A model generated the notes under the pieces. That model worked only from the letters and a program-made list of their open reading frames with translations. It was not told the DNA's origin and searched no databases. Positions 41,219 to 52,717 of a stretch of DNA of 64,000 bases are shown here, piece after piece (within the stretch, counting starts at the first letter, position 1; every line of letters starts with the position of its first letter). This stretch comes from Epiperipatus broadwayi. Taxonomy: Eukaryota; Animalia; Onychophora. The stretch covers positions 372,001 through 436,000 of the forward strand of contig JAQFVV010000006.1 of NCBI GenBank assembly GCA_028023455.1. The letters are read 5' to 3'. The position numbers were made by a program, and so were the translations under genes.

Positions 41219-41409
41219 GAGATGGCATGTGAATTGAATGTTTATTATTCAGAAATCATTGCTACAAAATCGCTAGACCAGCTCCTCACTAATCAAATGC
41301 AATTGCTCTTAATGTGTTTCGATATTTTTTTGGAAACCGAAGCTACAAATACCGCTATCGAAGGTCCAACAGAAATATCAAAAGAAAATCTATTTCCAAT
41401 AACAACTAG
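41219..41409 (+). CDS. THOC5: THOC5 exon
   Basis: EMACELNVYYSE...QLLTNQMQLLLMCFDIFLETE...IEGPTEISKENLFPITT, cf. [21 protein letters not shown]. Confidence 0.95.
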
Positions 41410-41498
41410 GTAAGACTGCCTGAAAATATATTTTTTTTATAGTGATTTTTAAAGTGTTCATTAATCATTTAATTTTAACTTTTTTTTCCCATATTTAG

Positions 41499-41562
41499 AG
41501 GCCGTAGTCGAAGTAAACCCTGGAAATATAATACACAGTTGGGATTGTTTACTCATCGTTAG
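41499..41562 (+). CDS. THOC5: THOC5 terminal coding exon with TAG stop
   Basis: (R)GRSRSKPWKYNTQLGLFTHR*, cf. [21 protein letters not shown]. Confidence 0.95.
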
Positions 41563-41582
41563 TTGTTTTTTTTTTAAATAAA

Positions 41583-41588
41583 AATAAA
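41583..41588 (+). terminator. candidate THOC5 polyadenylation signal
   Basis: AATAAA 21 nt after the stop; region is A-rich so use is unproven. Confidence 0.4.
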
Positions 41589-42132
41589 CAAAAAAATTTT
41601 GACAGTGTTTGCTTAAAAATATTAAACACTTCGTAAAAGGTACATCAAGTCAAAAATATATTTAGAAACATATTTATTGAACACTTTAAAAATGCTTAAC
41701 TATTAAAATAGTTCAATAAATGAGTACATAAAATAATCCAAAAATCAGCATATAAGCATTTTGAAGTTATTAAAAAAACATATAATCATTAGCCATATAT
41801 AAACTAATGCAATCATTATAATTTCAGATAAATAAACAGATTGAAAAACAAAAAAATTAAGATGTTTTTATATAACTATACAAATCCCCACATGAAACAT
41901 GTATATGGGTATATATGATACATTCTGAACCATTACTGTTGTACAAGACATTTTATAATGCATTTCTTCTACAAAAATATCCTTTTCCTTGTAAAAGATC
42001 TTACGTAGATGCAGCCTTCCACTATATTCTATCCTTAGTTGTATTATCTAAGTGAAAGCAAACAATATTCAATCTTTTTAATATTTATAGTGTAAATAGG
42101 ATCTGCCTCTCGATAAAAATCATACTCTAGTT

Positions 42133-43040
42133 CAGGGATGGCCAAACTTTTAGACGTTGGGGGAATTTTTTGGTGAAGTGTACCTGAGGGGTACTTTTTT
42201 TCAGGGTTTCAAACTGGAAACCAGAAGAAAAAAAAACATTTTTGCCAGAATGGAAAAAATAATGGTTTGAAGTCCCGATTCTTTTTAAATCTCCTTCAGG
42301 ATTATTTGCTAGCTAGATGAAGTGTTTTAAAAAGTTCACAGCTTCTTTGTTTTAAAAGCAGTTCATTAAAATCCTTATTTCTCCAGGACAAGTTATTTTC
42401 ATTTCTCCTCAGGAAAACGGCAATTAAATATTTCTAAGAATTTTAGCTCTAGCGTTACACAAAAATAATATAATTCTTTTCAACTTCTTCCAACCTAGGT
42501 TTATTTTTGAGACCAACAATAACAACAAATGTTATTTTAAATTTAACTATTGTTAAACAAGAATAATTTTGAATTTTTACTTTTTTTATTTTCAAATCAG
42601 CTCTGAATTTATCACTATAATTTGTCAATGTTCACATCAGCTTTGCTGTCAACTTCCAGAAAACTTGCAGTTGATGTCTTGACCACTCATGCTCTAGTTC
42701 ATAATGAAATTTAGATATTTTATTCTTTTTCCATATGTCATAGCATCGGCCGGGAGGCGAACCCACAACAACCGTCTGCAACCGTGTGCTTGCAAGGCGG
42801 CTGCGCTGACCTCTCCGCTAACAACGCTTGACTAGATATTTTATTCTTAATTAGCTTTTCATGCACAATGCAATGATGATATACCCATAACAGCTATAGA
42901 TTTGGCATCATCAAATCTGAGAAGCTGAAGAACACATCAATTAATCTTATCAAATATTTAGAATAATTCAACATTCTCAAACAAAAATTTTATAGGACTT
43001 TTACGAGACAACCCAATAGGCTGTCAACATCTCATTTCCA
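42133..43040 (-). mobile_element. hAT deletion derivative, interrupted by a SINE
   Basis: CAGGGATGGCCAAAC terminus; - strand YHHCIVHEKL (~42850-42880) resembles hAT HCIIHQE motif; homologous to 6905-7490. Confidence 0.55.
42728..42832 (-). mobile_element. tRNA-Gly-derived SINE
   Basis: A box TTAGCGGAGAGG, B box GGGTTCGCCTCCC, 3' CCCGGCCGATGC as in arthropod tRNA-Gly(GCC); perfect 16-bp TSD TAGATATTTTATTCTT (42712-42727/42833-42848). Confidence 0.88.
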
Positions 43041-43399
43041 TATATTAAATATAATGGAATAAACGCTGATATAATTAAACTGAAATAACTATATCATGTG
43101 GATTTTTTGTGATTTAATGAATTATTTATACTGATTAACAGTATTAGATCAAAGCTTTACACACTTTATTGCAAATAACATTTTTCAATAAACAGTGAAA
43201 TTTTATATACCCTTAAAGCAAATGAATGATACTTTAAGACAGTAACTAAGCTTATATATGTAATATTTCGACTAGAATTTCTGAAGTATGGGTTTATTAA
43301 AATTTGGTATTCCTAATTTATTGTCAAAACCGAGAGGCTAAAGTTTTATCAAACTGTATCTACATTACCTGCCATAATCATATACAAAATTTCATTGCG

Positions 43400-44900
43400 T
43401 TCTTGTATTTGATCATTTGTCTTATTTATTTGAAAAATATTCTCACAAATTTTATAAAGATCATGAAATAAAATGTTATTTGTAATAAAGTGTGTAAAGC
43501 TTTGATTTCAACAGTAAACTTAACCTCATCCATGTTAAAGCCCTTCCAATTTTATTTATTTACAGCTTTTACATTCAACGAAATAGTTTAAATATAAATC
43601 ATTTTCCTACTGATATCTGCCAATCTTACTTATTTTAATACTATATATAAGTTCAGATAACTAAGAGTACTTAATTTCATTTTAACATCTTTTAATATTT
43701 CAAATTAAGATTTGAGCCCATGTATTTTTAACTTATCAAGTTGTGGAGTAACAATTATTTGAAGTTTCTTATAACTAGATAATTGAAGTATTGCAAGACC
43801 TCATCATTATTTTATGATTTGTTAACAGCTTTAGTTTCTGCGAGTAGATCCTTTATCACAGCTAATCTTTCCTCCATCCCATGTATATGGCATCTCATGC
43901 TTTAGAAATTAATACTTAAAGAACCAAAGTGATTTATCAGCAAATGAAGAATTTGCAACAATTTTTGGTTTGGATAATTATCATTCGAGAATGTGGATCT
44001 GTTTAAATATTTTGACGGAAAGGGAGACATATGTATAGTAGTATTACAGATTTAAGAGAAAAAAAAGAATTTAGTAAGTTAAAAACTTTTGATGAAATCT
44101 TAACTTTTAATTTACTAAATTTTCCTTTTTCTCACTTTAATCTATATTACACTCGACATATAAGTCTACCTCTCCACCAAAATATTTAAACAGATCCACG
44201 TTCTCGAAAGATAATTATCCAAACCAAAAATTGTTGCAAATTCATCACTGGCTGATAAGTCACTTTGGTTTTTTAAGTATTAAATTCTAAAGGAAAAAGT
44301 AATAAATCAAAAAGCCATATATATATATATGAGATGGATTAGACTAGCTATAATAAAGAAACTATCTCACAGTAACTAAAGCTGTTAACATAAAACAGCT
44401 GAACACTGAATTATAAAATGATGATGCCCGCAATTCTTTAAACTAGCTGATTATAAAAAACTTCACAGAATTGTTACTCTACAATTCATTATCTGACAAT
44501 TTTCAAATACATGAGCTCAAATCTTAATTTGGAAGTGTGAAATATTAAAAGTTAAAATGAAACTAAGTACTCTTATTTATCTGAATTTGTATGTTATTCA
44601 ATAATGTCTGTGTTAAAATAATTAAGATACTTACAATAATATTGACAGCTATCAGTAGGAATATATAAATCATTTCATTGTGTGTAAAAGCTGTATATAA
44701 ATAAGTAAAATTGGAAGGGCTTTAATATGAATGTGGTTAGGTTTACTGTCAAAATAGCCTGTGGATCTTATTTTCTGATTTAATGAATTCTTTATACTGA
44801 TTGATAGTATTGGATCAGTTTTACACTATTACAAATATTCCATTTCACGTTTTGTATTAATTAGAGAAACTATCAAAAATAATAATCCAATGAAATGTTA
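43400..44900. repeat. large imperfect palindrome (~600-700 bp arms) centred near 44090
   Basis: e.g. 43924-44015 is the reverse complement of ~44178-44268; matching blocks continue out to ~43500/~44750 and weakly beyond. Confidence 0.85.
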
Positions 44901-46398
44901 TATATCCTTAAGACAGCTAAATAGTACTTTAAGGCAGCATCTAAGCTTAAATATATAATCTTTTGTCTAGAATTTCTGAGTAAAATTGTACAAAATCCAA
45001 ATATATGTTTGTTAACGTTTAGTATTCTAATAGTTGTCAATATAGATGGGCAAAAATTATAGTAAATTACATCTTTATTAATAAAGTATTACTGGGACAT
45101 AACATTCTGTTACTTATCTTTTGGTGTTTTGATGTAATCATTCAATAAAGTTAATGAACTCTAAAATTGAAATACTAGAGTAAATGGATGCAGAATATCA
45201 CATTTACAAATAATTAAATGTCGTTTGATCACCTTTATTTTTTCCATTTTAATAATTCCATTGAAATTTACGATGCAGCTCTAAAATTGAGATAATAGAG
45301 TAAATTGAAGCTGGTTAACTATCTCGGACAGTGCTCATTAATCATATCTTTGTCTAAATATCTCATCAATTTTCAGGCAACTTTTAATATTCGCATTTTT
45401 TTATCTGCCGACAAACAGAGAACATACACAAGGCTGAAGCCTATCAATTGTAGGTACAAAGAAATATTGCTTTGAAGTCTCATCTATGAACATTTTACAC
45501 AAAGTTTCTCTTACAATAGGTAAGTCATTGCAAATGTGCATCTAAATGAAAAGCTAAGTCCAATTAAATATACTTTTATTATCAGAGTATTTTATGAATT
45601 TGTAATTCATTTTGTAAATGTTACACCAAACTGCAATTTGAAAGCAATGGATTTTGTGATAAGTATGAAGCTAAAAATGTTTTCGTTGAATCAATAATGC
45701 AGTTTTTAAATGTTTAGAAAACTTTAATTGAAATTGGAAATATAGCTAAGAATACTAAGATGTTTGCAAAATACGATTTTTTTTTTTTAAAAAAAAAATT
45801 AGTTCTATGTGTAAAAGAAACTTGAACAATTGAAAACATTAAGCATATTAAAGAAATATGGGTGAATATAGTTAGAAATGCTCACATTTATAAATTTAAA
45901 AAACCAAAAACAAATTGGTCATATTTTTGCGATGAGAAAACTAGAAAAGTTTTTTCTCTAATAGCCGGGGCTTGAATCGAAGTTAAATATTATCTTAGAA
46001 TCTTTCTCGGGCTTAGGATCTGTTTTTCAGTTGGTCAGTAAATGGTTATTAACTAAAAATAATGATCACAGATTAATCTAACCAGATGAGCACTGACTGT
46101 AATATATTCATTCATTACTAGTAGTGGGATGGGCAATGAAGTTGTGGTTTACTTTATTGACGAGTCTATGCTGATTGTAAAATAAAATGACCTTAAAGGG
46201 AATAGCTAGAGATGAGGGGAGAAAAAGATAAGAAATCTAACAAAAGTAATCAGAAAGGCTAGATGATAATTAACAAAGATGATCATGTATCCAAGATATT
46301 TATGCATAAATCTTTACAAACGTCACTAGTATTTTTTATTTTTACAATGGCTTTTATAATACATAATGTAAAGAATTGCTAACTCTGAATGTATGTAT

Positions 46399-46482
46399 AA
46401 TGTAATTGACTAGATATTTACTAGCGCAGTTTCAAACTGTAATTCTAAAACTGCACTAGTAAATATCTTAATCAATTACATT
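46399..46482. repeat. ~34-bp stem hairpin
   Basis: AATGTAATTGACTAGATATTTACTAGCGCAGTTT / AAACTGCACTAGTAAATATCTTAATCAATTACATT. Confidence 0.75.
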
Positions 46483-46861
46483 AATTCTAACATCTCTTAA
46501 TAGTAACATGCAGAAAACGTTAAAATTTCGCGAGTGTTAATATACGTAATGAAAAAGGAAGTAAAGTGAATAATATAAAATAGTCGCACTCAATCCAAGA
46601 AACTTGATTGGCCTATATACAGATAAAAGCTGTTCTTATCTTTTCAAAGTCTCTATCATGTGGCTTGGATCAAGTTTCTTCATATTCAACAAAAACAACG
46701 TTGGTTCGATATGACAGTATAGCCCATGTGTAGCAGTCACTTACTATCTATTTAGAATGTATTTATAGTAACAGTCCATTGGGTCTCTGGATCAAAAAAA
46801 ATTAACAAAGAAATTTTTTTATTTCACAGTGGATATACAGTTTGTATATAGATCTTTATCT

Positions 46862-46964
46862 TTTTTTTTCATGTGTCATAGCATTGGCTGGGAAGCGAAC
46901 CCGCTAACCCGGGACAACTGCTTGTAAGACGGCTGTGCTGACCTCTCGACCACCAATGCTTGAC
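46862..46964 (-). mobile_element. tRNA-Gly-derived SINE
   Basis: GCATTGGTGGTCGAGAGG...GGGTTCGCTTCCCAGCCAATGC; 11-bp TSD GATCTTTATCT (46851-46861/46965-46975). Confidence 0.85.
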
Positions 46965-47219
46965 GATCTTTATCTATTATACCAGTTTTCAACATGTATA
47001 CAATTTAAATATATGTATACACATCTATATATATAGTAATTATAATATACTTTGTTACGAATTTCAGTTGCTGATCTGTAACAAGTAAATAAATGACATT
47101 ACAGAATAGCGAGAGGAAGAAATGCTGTATATGAATAATATACGACTATATGCAAGATGTGGAAATTTTCACACCATAATAAGCCTTAATTTTATTACTG
47201 TAGAACATATAATACTTTC

Positions 47220-47608
47220 TAGCAAAACCCTTTATTGTACATATATGCATACCCAATTTTACATTTTGACTGTCCTGCAGTCTTCTTCAGAGCTATGATA
47301 TACTGAACAAAATAAAATATATAACTATAAATAATACCATAAAAAATGTAAACAAAATTAATAAAGTAATAAAAAAATATATTAACAATTATTTTATTTG
47401 GGTTTGATTATATTTCAGTTTTATTATGTTTTGTTACATTTTATGTTTTTTTTATTATTAATTTTATTGTTTACATTTTTTATGGTATTTATATAGTTAA
47501 GTATTTTATTTTGTTTTGATCAGTATATTATAGCTCTGAAGAAGACTGCAGGACAGTCGAAATGTAAGAGAAAGTGTATGCATATATGTACAATAAAGGG
47601 TTTTGCTA
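47220..47608. mobile_element. fold-back element with hammerhead motifs (family 2)
   Basis: arms ~47220-47388/~47431-47608; no flanking direct repeat found. Confidence 0.8.
47533..47570 (+). ncRNA. minimal hammerhead ribozyme motif (GUA site)
   Basis: ct CTGAAGA a GACTG cagga CAGTC GAAA t GTA ag; - strand copy 47257-47293 has AAAA instead of GAAA. Confidence 0.65.
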
Positions 47609-48036
47609 AAAAGTGTTCAAAGTTGAGTGGATAAATTGCATTTATATAAGATATTACAACAAAATAAAGAAAGTGGTGAATTTGGTAATATTTCTGAATA
47701 TAGTTTAATGTTTTTTATTCTAAAATGTAGATTATGAACTAAAAGCATCAATAATAATAATGGAAAACAATTGGTATTCTGTTTTTCTAAAAACACAAAA
47801 TTAAGACTTGCCATGGATTGGTAATTTAAAAATATTGTAAATGTGACTTTTCTTTTGTTATATTTAAAAAGAGAAACAAATAACAGTTCTTTTTTTGCCT
47901 TACAAAATGCAAAACTTTGCAAATTGGTTTTATTGTCATTCAATTAATAACAAAATTTAATAAGTAATAATTTTTATTTAGTAATAAAAATAGCAGCTTA
48001 TCAAAACAGTTGATATTAATTTGATATCTCACGTCT

Positions 48037-48068
48037 TCAATACGCTCTCTGAGATTGTCCACGTTTAC
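48037..48068 (-). CDS. EIF3C: EIF3C terminal coding exon with TGA stop
   Basis: TTTCAG|GT AAA CGT GGA CAA TCT CAG AGA GCG TAT TGA = (G)KRGQSQRAY*, cf. eIF3c end ...QSQTAY*. Confidence 0.85.
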
Positions 48069-50243
48069 CTGAAATAAACAATATTGTTAATTAATCATAT
48101 CCATGAATTAATTATGCTATATTATGTATAAACTATATAATTTATTATATAAAAAAAATGTTTGCTATTCTGATAAATACAAAAAATACCTAAATAATGA
48201 AAATCATATACAAATAGAATATAATAGAACAAAAAGGGAAAATGTCATTTCCATCTACAGAGAATATTGTGATGAATGAGGAAAAGTTAAATTAAAGCAT
48301 AGATTAAAATCAATATTACCATTCAGTATGAATCTTTTATAGCAATAAAATATGAAAATATATATAAATAACTTAAACTTGTTATATGCACTTGCTCTAT
48401 AAAATCCATTTCAGCTGTTTAAAGAAGCATATTTTATGTTTATAAATAAATGAAATAAATACATTAACTTTTTATCTATTTCTATTATATATATAAATTT
48501 GAAAGTTTCTTTGTTATTAATAACTCTACAAATATTCCACCAATGTTCATGAGTTTTGCACAATTTTCTTTTTTTGGAGAATTACATAGACTATGGAATT
48601 TTGCTTTACGAAGCTTGTCTGGAAAAAAAATTTGGAATTTACTCCTAACATGAGCAAAGCCACAGATACAGAATTTGAAAGTTTGTATTAGCAGTGATCT
48701 CTAGAGAATTTTTCATTATCTAAAAATGATATTTTCTAGCAAATTCAAAATTATCTATATATTATTTCACTGGAAAAAAAAAAAAAAAATGTGTCTACTA
48801 AGAAGACTTATAAGCATTCTTTGTGAAACTATTAAGAAACAAACTTTCAAATTTATATAAATAAAGCTAAAAAAATATATGGGAAAGATTATTTAAAATA
48901 TTGTAATGGAGTAATTTTTAATATTGTTTAAAATAATTTATAAAGCAGCGTAATTTATTATGCACACTGCTATTATTTTTAAAAGTAATTTAGAAAAACT
49001 GCATCTGAGGGATTCTTCATCTGTGCGTTCAGAATTTAACAATTATGTTAAAGGAATTATGTACAAAAGTGAGTGTCAACAAAAGGACAATGCTAGAACT
49101 CTAAAACAAATAATTCAAGAATATTTCAATTAAAGATATTTCTATTGTGCGTACGTTACCAGTAATCCTTTATATATATAAATTTGAAAAGTTTGTTAGG
49201 CTACGGATTTTTGCTTTATGGTACTTGTTTTACAAAATTTGGTAATTTTACATTAACACAAGCAAAGCCACAGAGAGTTAATATATAGTTTTTATTAACA
49301 TAAATTCTGTATATAATTTGTAAATAACAAATCACCAGAATGTGTGAAACAGACTAAATCATAATATAAAATATTCAATACACTAAATTCTTGACTATCA
49401 GCTATTAAAATGGAAAAAAAGAAAACATTTAATAATCAAAATTTCAAGGCTTACACAGTTGCACATTACCAAATCGTCACTAAAATTAAAGGAAAAATGA
49501 AGGGAACTGGAATTTTGTCCATTAAGCAATAATTATTTCATTTTAATAGTTGATTGCCATGAATCTGTTGTACAGCACCGAAGTAGGCCATTTCACACAT
49601 TGATGTATGTGTGGTCTATTATTTACATGTTTTTTATGAATCTTACAAAAATGTTAATAAGCAATTATATATATAAATGTATCCCCATCCTTTTTTTTTT
49701 TGTAGAGTAGGTCAAAATTACCATTACATTATTTCACTAATGCGATTACTATTGTAGTAAAGGACCATCTAATGCTTACTATTAATCAAGCTTAGAACAG
49801 ATGACTGGTGTCATTTAACAGAATGAATTACTACTGCTAACAATATTGTAAGCAAGCCGAAGTTGTGATGCTTTACTTGGTAATATGTTTTTCCCACTAA
49901 CTGCTTTAACGGTATTAGGTAGGGTAGACATATACACACCATTATGCCAGTCTTTTATCGTTTTAATAATGACTATTCAGATGCATTTGCTTTAAATGCC
50001 ATTTTAAAATAACTGTTAATGTAAACCTTTAATAAGAATATTATTTGAATCTGTTAGAGAGCATTTTGTCGTGTAGAGACGTTATGATTTGTGGTCCAAT
50101 TTCAGAATTGAATCAACGTTTTTTTAAGTATGGTGAAAATGACCAAAGCACTTAATTAAATCATCAGAAGACTAAATAGCCAACTAAATATAAGAACCCT
50201 GTACTAAAGTCTTGTTAGATTAAACATAAAACATTTGATTTAC

Positions 50244-50318
50244 CCCAATCTTGCTGTTGCCCGTGGCTACGATTAGATTGGAAATTACTCTGCCGCTGGT
50301 AGTTTATATTTTGTTGAC
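50244..50318 (-). CDS. EIF3C: EIF3C penultimate coding exon (Q/N/R-rich tail)
   Basis: TTTTAG|GT CAA...TGG G|GTAAAT; (G)QQNINYQRQSNFQSNRSHGQQQDW; phase 1-1 fits neighbours; low-complexity so found by eye. Confidence 0.8.
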
Positions 50319-52084
50319 CTAAAACATGAAATTCAAAATTCAAATTACTTATTTTTTCAATTTTTCCCTTTTATAATTTGTAATATAATTTTTTTTTTTT
50401 CCTTTTCTGACATAAAAAGTTAAAAATATTTCAATTAAGCATGCATTAATCCATGATAACTGTCGCTGAAATGCAATAAAAATATGTACAATTAGATCAA
50501 TGCTTATTAAATTAAAAAGTATTAAAAACATTAAATCCATTTTCAATACTGTGCACCCTTCTCAAAGGTAAATGTTATACTTAATTCAAAAAAGTACAAA
50601 CATACTTTCACTTACACACACTCTAAAACGTATCCCATCAAACACTATTAGGTAGGCTAACAGTGTTTAACTGAAAGCCTTTTGGAACATGCTGAATTAA
50701 ATATATATGCTTGTATTTTCTTTTCTGTTTTCATTACAATATCAATTAGCCTTTGAAAAGAATGCTTTAACACTGAAAATGCATTAAGGTTATATTTCAT
50801 GTTTTTAATATTTTCTTTTAATAAGAAACAGTATTATAATTGCATATAATTTATTTAAAATGTTTTATTTTTTAACTATAAAAAATGAAAATGGATGGTT
50901 TTACTTGCAATAAACAGAAAAAAGGTAAATAATCCTCTTGTAAATCTTAAAAGCAAAACTGCATACAAAAATCATTTAAAGAAAAATAAATCTCGTTTTG
51001 TTTAATATGTATTCTCAAATTAAGTGTTGTTTCCATAACGATAGAGCTAGTATTGAAGATTAAAAGATTAATCATATCAGATTTTATGGTTTTAAGTTGA
51101 TTTCAGAAAAATTATATGCAGATCAAAATAGTGGACAATGGAAGTCAAATTACTAAGGGAACAATAATAATATTCAATTACTATAATAAACTGCAATATT
51201 TATTTTTATATGCTAATATTAAATATACTTAATGTATAAATATTAATACTGCGCTATATTTTACATACATTTATTTAAAAGCAAAGATATCGATTAAGAA
51301 AGAATAAAAATTCAAGTTTCACTCCAAAAAGGTAAGAATTAAAAGTGACAATGTTAATATTACTTTATTTCTTCACGTTATCTTTAAAAAAGAAAAATCA
51401 AACAACTTGCTTTCTTCTCCTACTGATAGCAATTTACTTTCAAATTTAAAACCACTTTTAAATCTCATTAGTAAAAAAAGTGGCTGTTTTTTTATTATTA
51501 ACTTCTAAATAACTGGTAATGAATATATGGCGAAATTTTTGTTACAATATTATGCCAATCTTTTAAAATCAGCAAAAAATTTGATTACTTTTTCAGCTCG
51601 TGGATAATACAATTTTACATTTAGACAGTAAATACGTAATTTTCTTTTAAATTTAGAAGGCACTAATATCTACTGCACTAAAATAAATGTAAGGTTAATA
51701 TTATAAATACTGAAAATCAAATTTTTGAATAGTTTTTTTTTTTAAAGCTTGGGCAATGTGAAAGATTTTACTTACGAATTACCAATTTGTGATGCTTTTA
51801 TCTTATGAAGAAAGCAAGAGCTTTTACTCATATTCTACAATTACTCAATCACAAGAGTGTGAAAATGTGTTCTATGAATAAATGAAGAGCGAATATTATA
51901 CTTGCAGTTAATAAATATCAATTTAATAAAATTGTAAAAAAAAAAGGGATGAAAATAATTGCAAATAAAACTAAACAAGTTTTTTATTAAGGAGGAAGTT
52001 GGTTAGTATGTTGAATTTTATCTATATTTGGATCAAAGATATAGACAATTACAAAAAAAAGATTTGATGTTTAAAAGATATTGA

Positions 52085-52480
52085 TTTTGAGAAGATTGAA
52101 AAGATAAATTAAAGAATAAGATTAGCCATGAAGAAGTGTTGAAAAGACTAAGTCAACTAAAAGGTATTTTATTGGAGAAATGCTCTGCATTGTTTGGTGC
52201 AATTAGTAGAGCATCTGACTTGGGATCGGGAGGATTCCAAGATCGATTCTGGTGTTCGCAATTATGGTGCTTGAACTTCTTATAAACTTTCAAGCAATGG
52301 AGCCATTAGCATATTTATTTTTTATTGGGCAAATTATGAGAAGAAAAAGGAATTTGATTGGACATCATTTTGTGGCAAAGAAATTGTGAAAAAAAAATTA
52401 CAAGGAATGTGGATAAAGAATCAAATGATGATCTAAAGAGAAACAGTTACAATATTTAAGGAGTATAAAACAGAAATGCT
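52085..52480 (+). mobile_element. decayed LINE fragment with a tRNA-like insert
   Basis: KI.HEEVLKR...RRKRNLIGH-like text typical of RTE C-terminus, interrupted at ~52188-52320. Confidence 0.45.
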
Positions 52481-52554
52481 CGGAGAAAGTAGTCTATTTT
52501 AATGAGCGAAATCTGCTTTGGGGCAGACAAAAGTTGATAGCTTTTATACTATAC

Positions 52555-52717
52555 CTGGATTTCTGCTAAAGAAACTGCCTTGTTTTAAATCAAGAATTTT
52601 TTCGTTATTTTCAACAACTGTGGTAATTTTATCAGCTAACTGCAGTGCGAGGGACTGTAGACGGCTAGGTTCAGTTCTGTGCATGACAACTGTCTGAGTA
52701 GGTTCATCCAGAGAAGC
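52555..52717 (-). CDS. EIF3C: EIF3C exon
   Basis: [54 protein letters not shown], cf. [17 protein letters not shown]; phase 0-1. Confidence 0.96.

Noticed and set aside
40272-42832. Inverted SINE pair flanking the last THOC5 exons as a circRNA driver
   Set aside because: Downstream copy lies beyond the likely poly(A) site, belongs to the other subtype, and the duplex would be short
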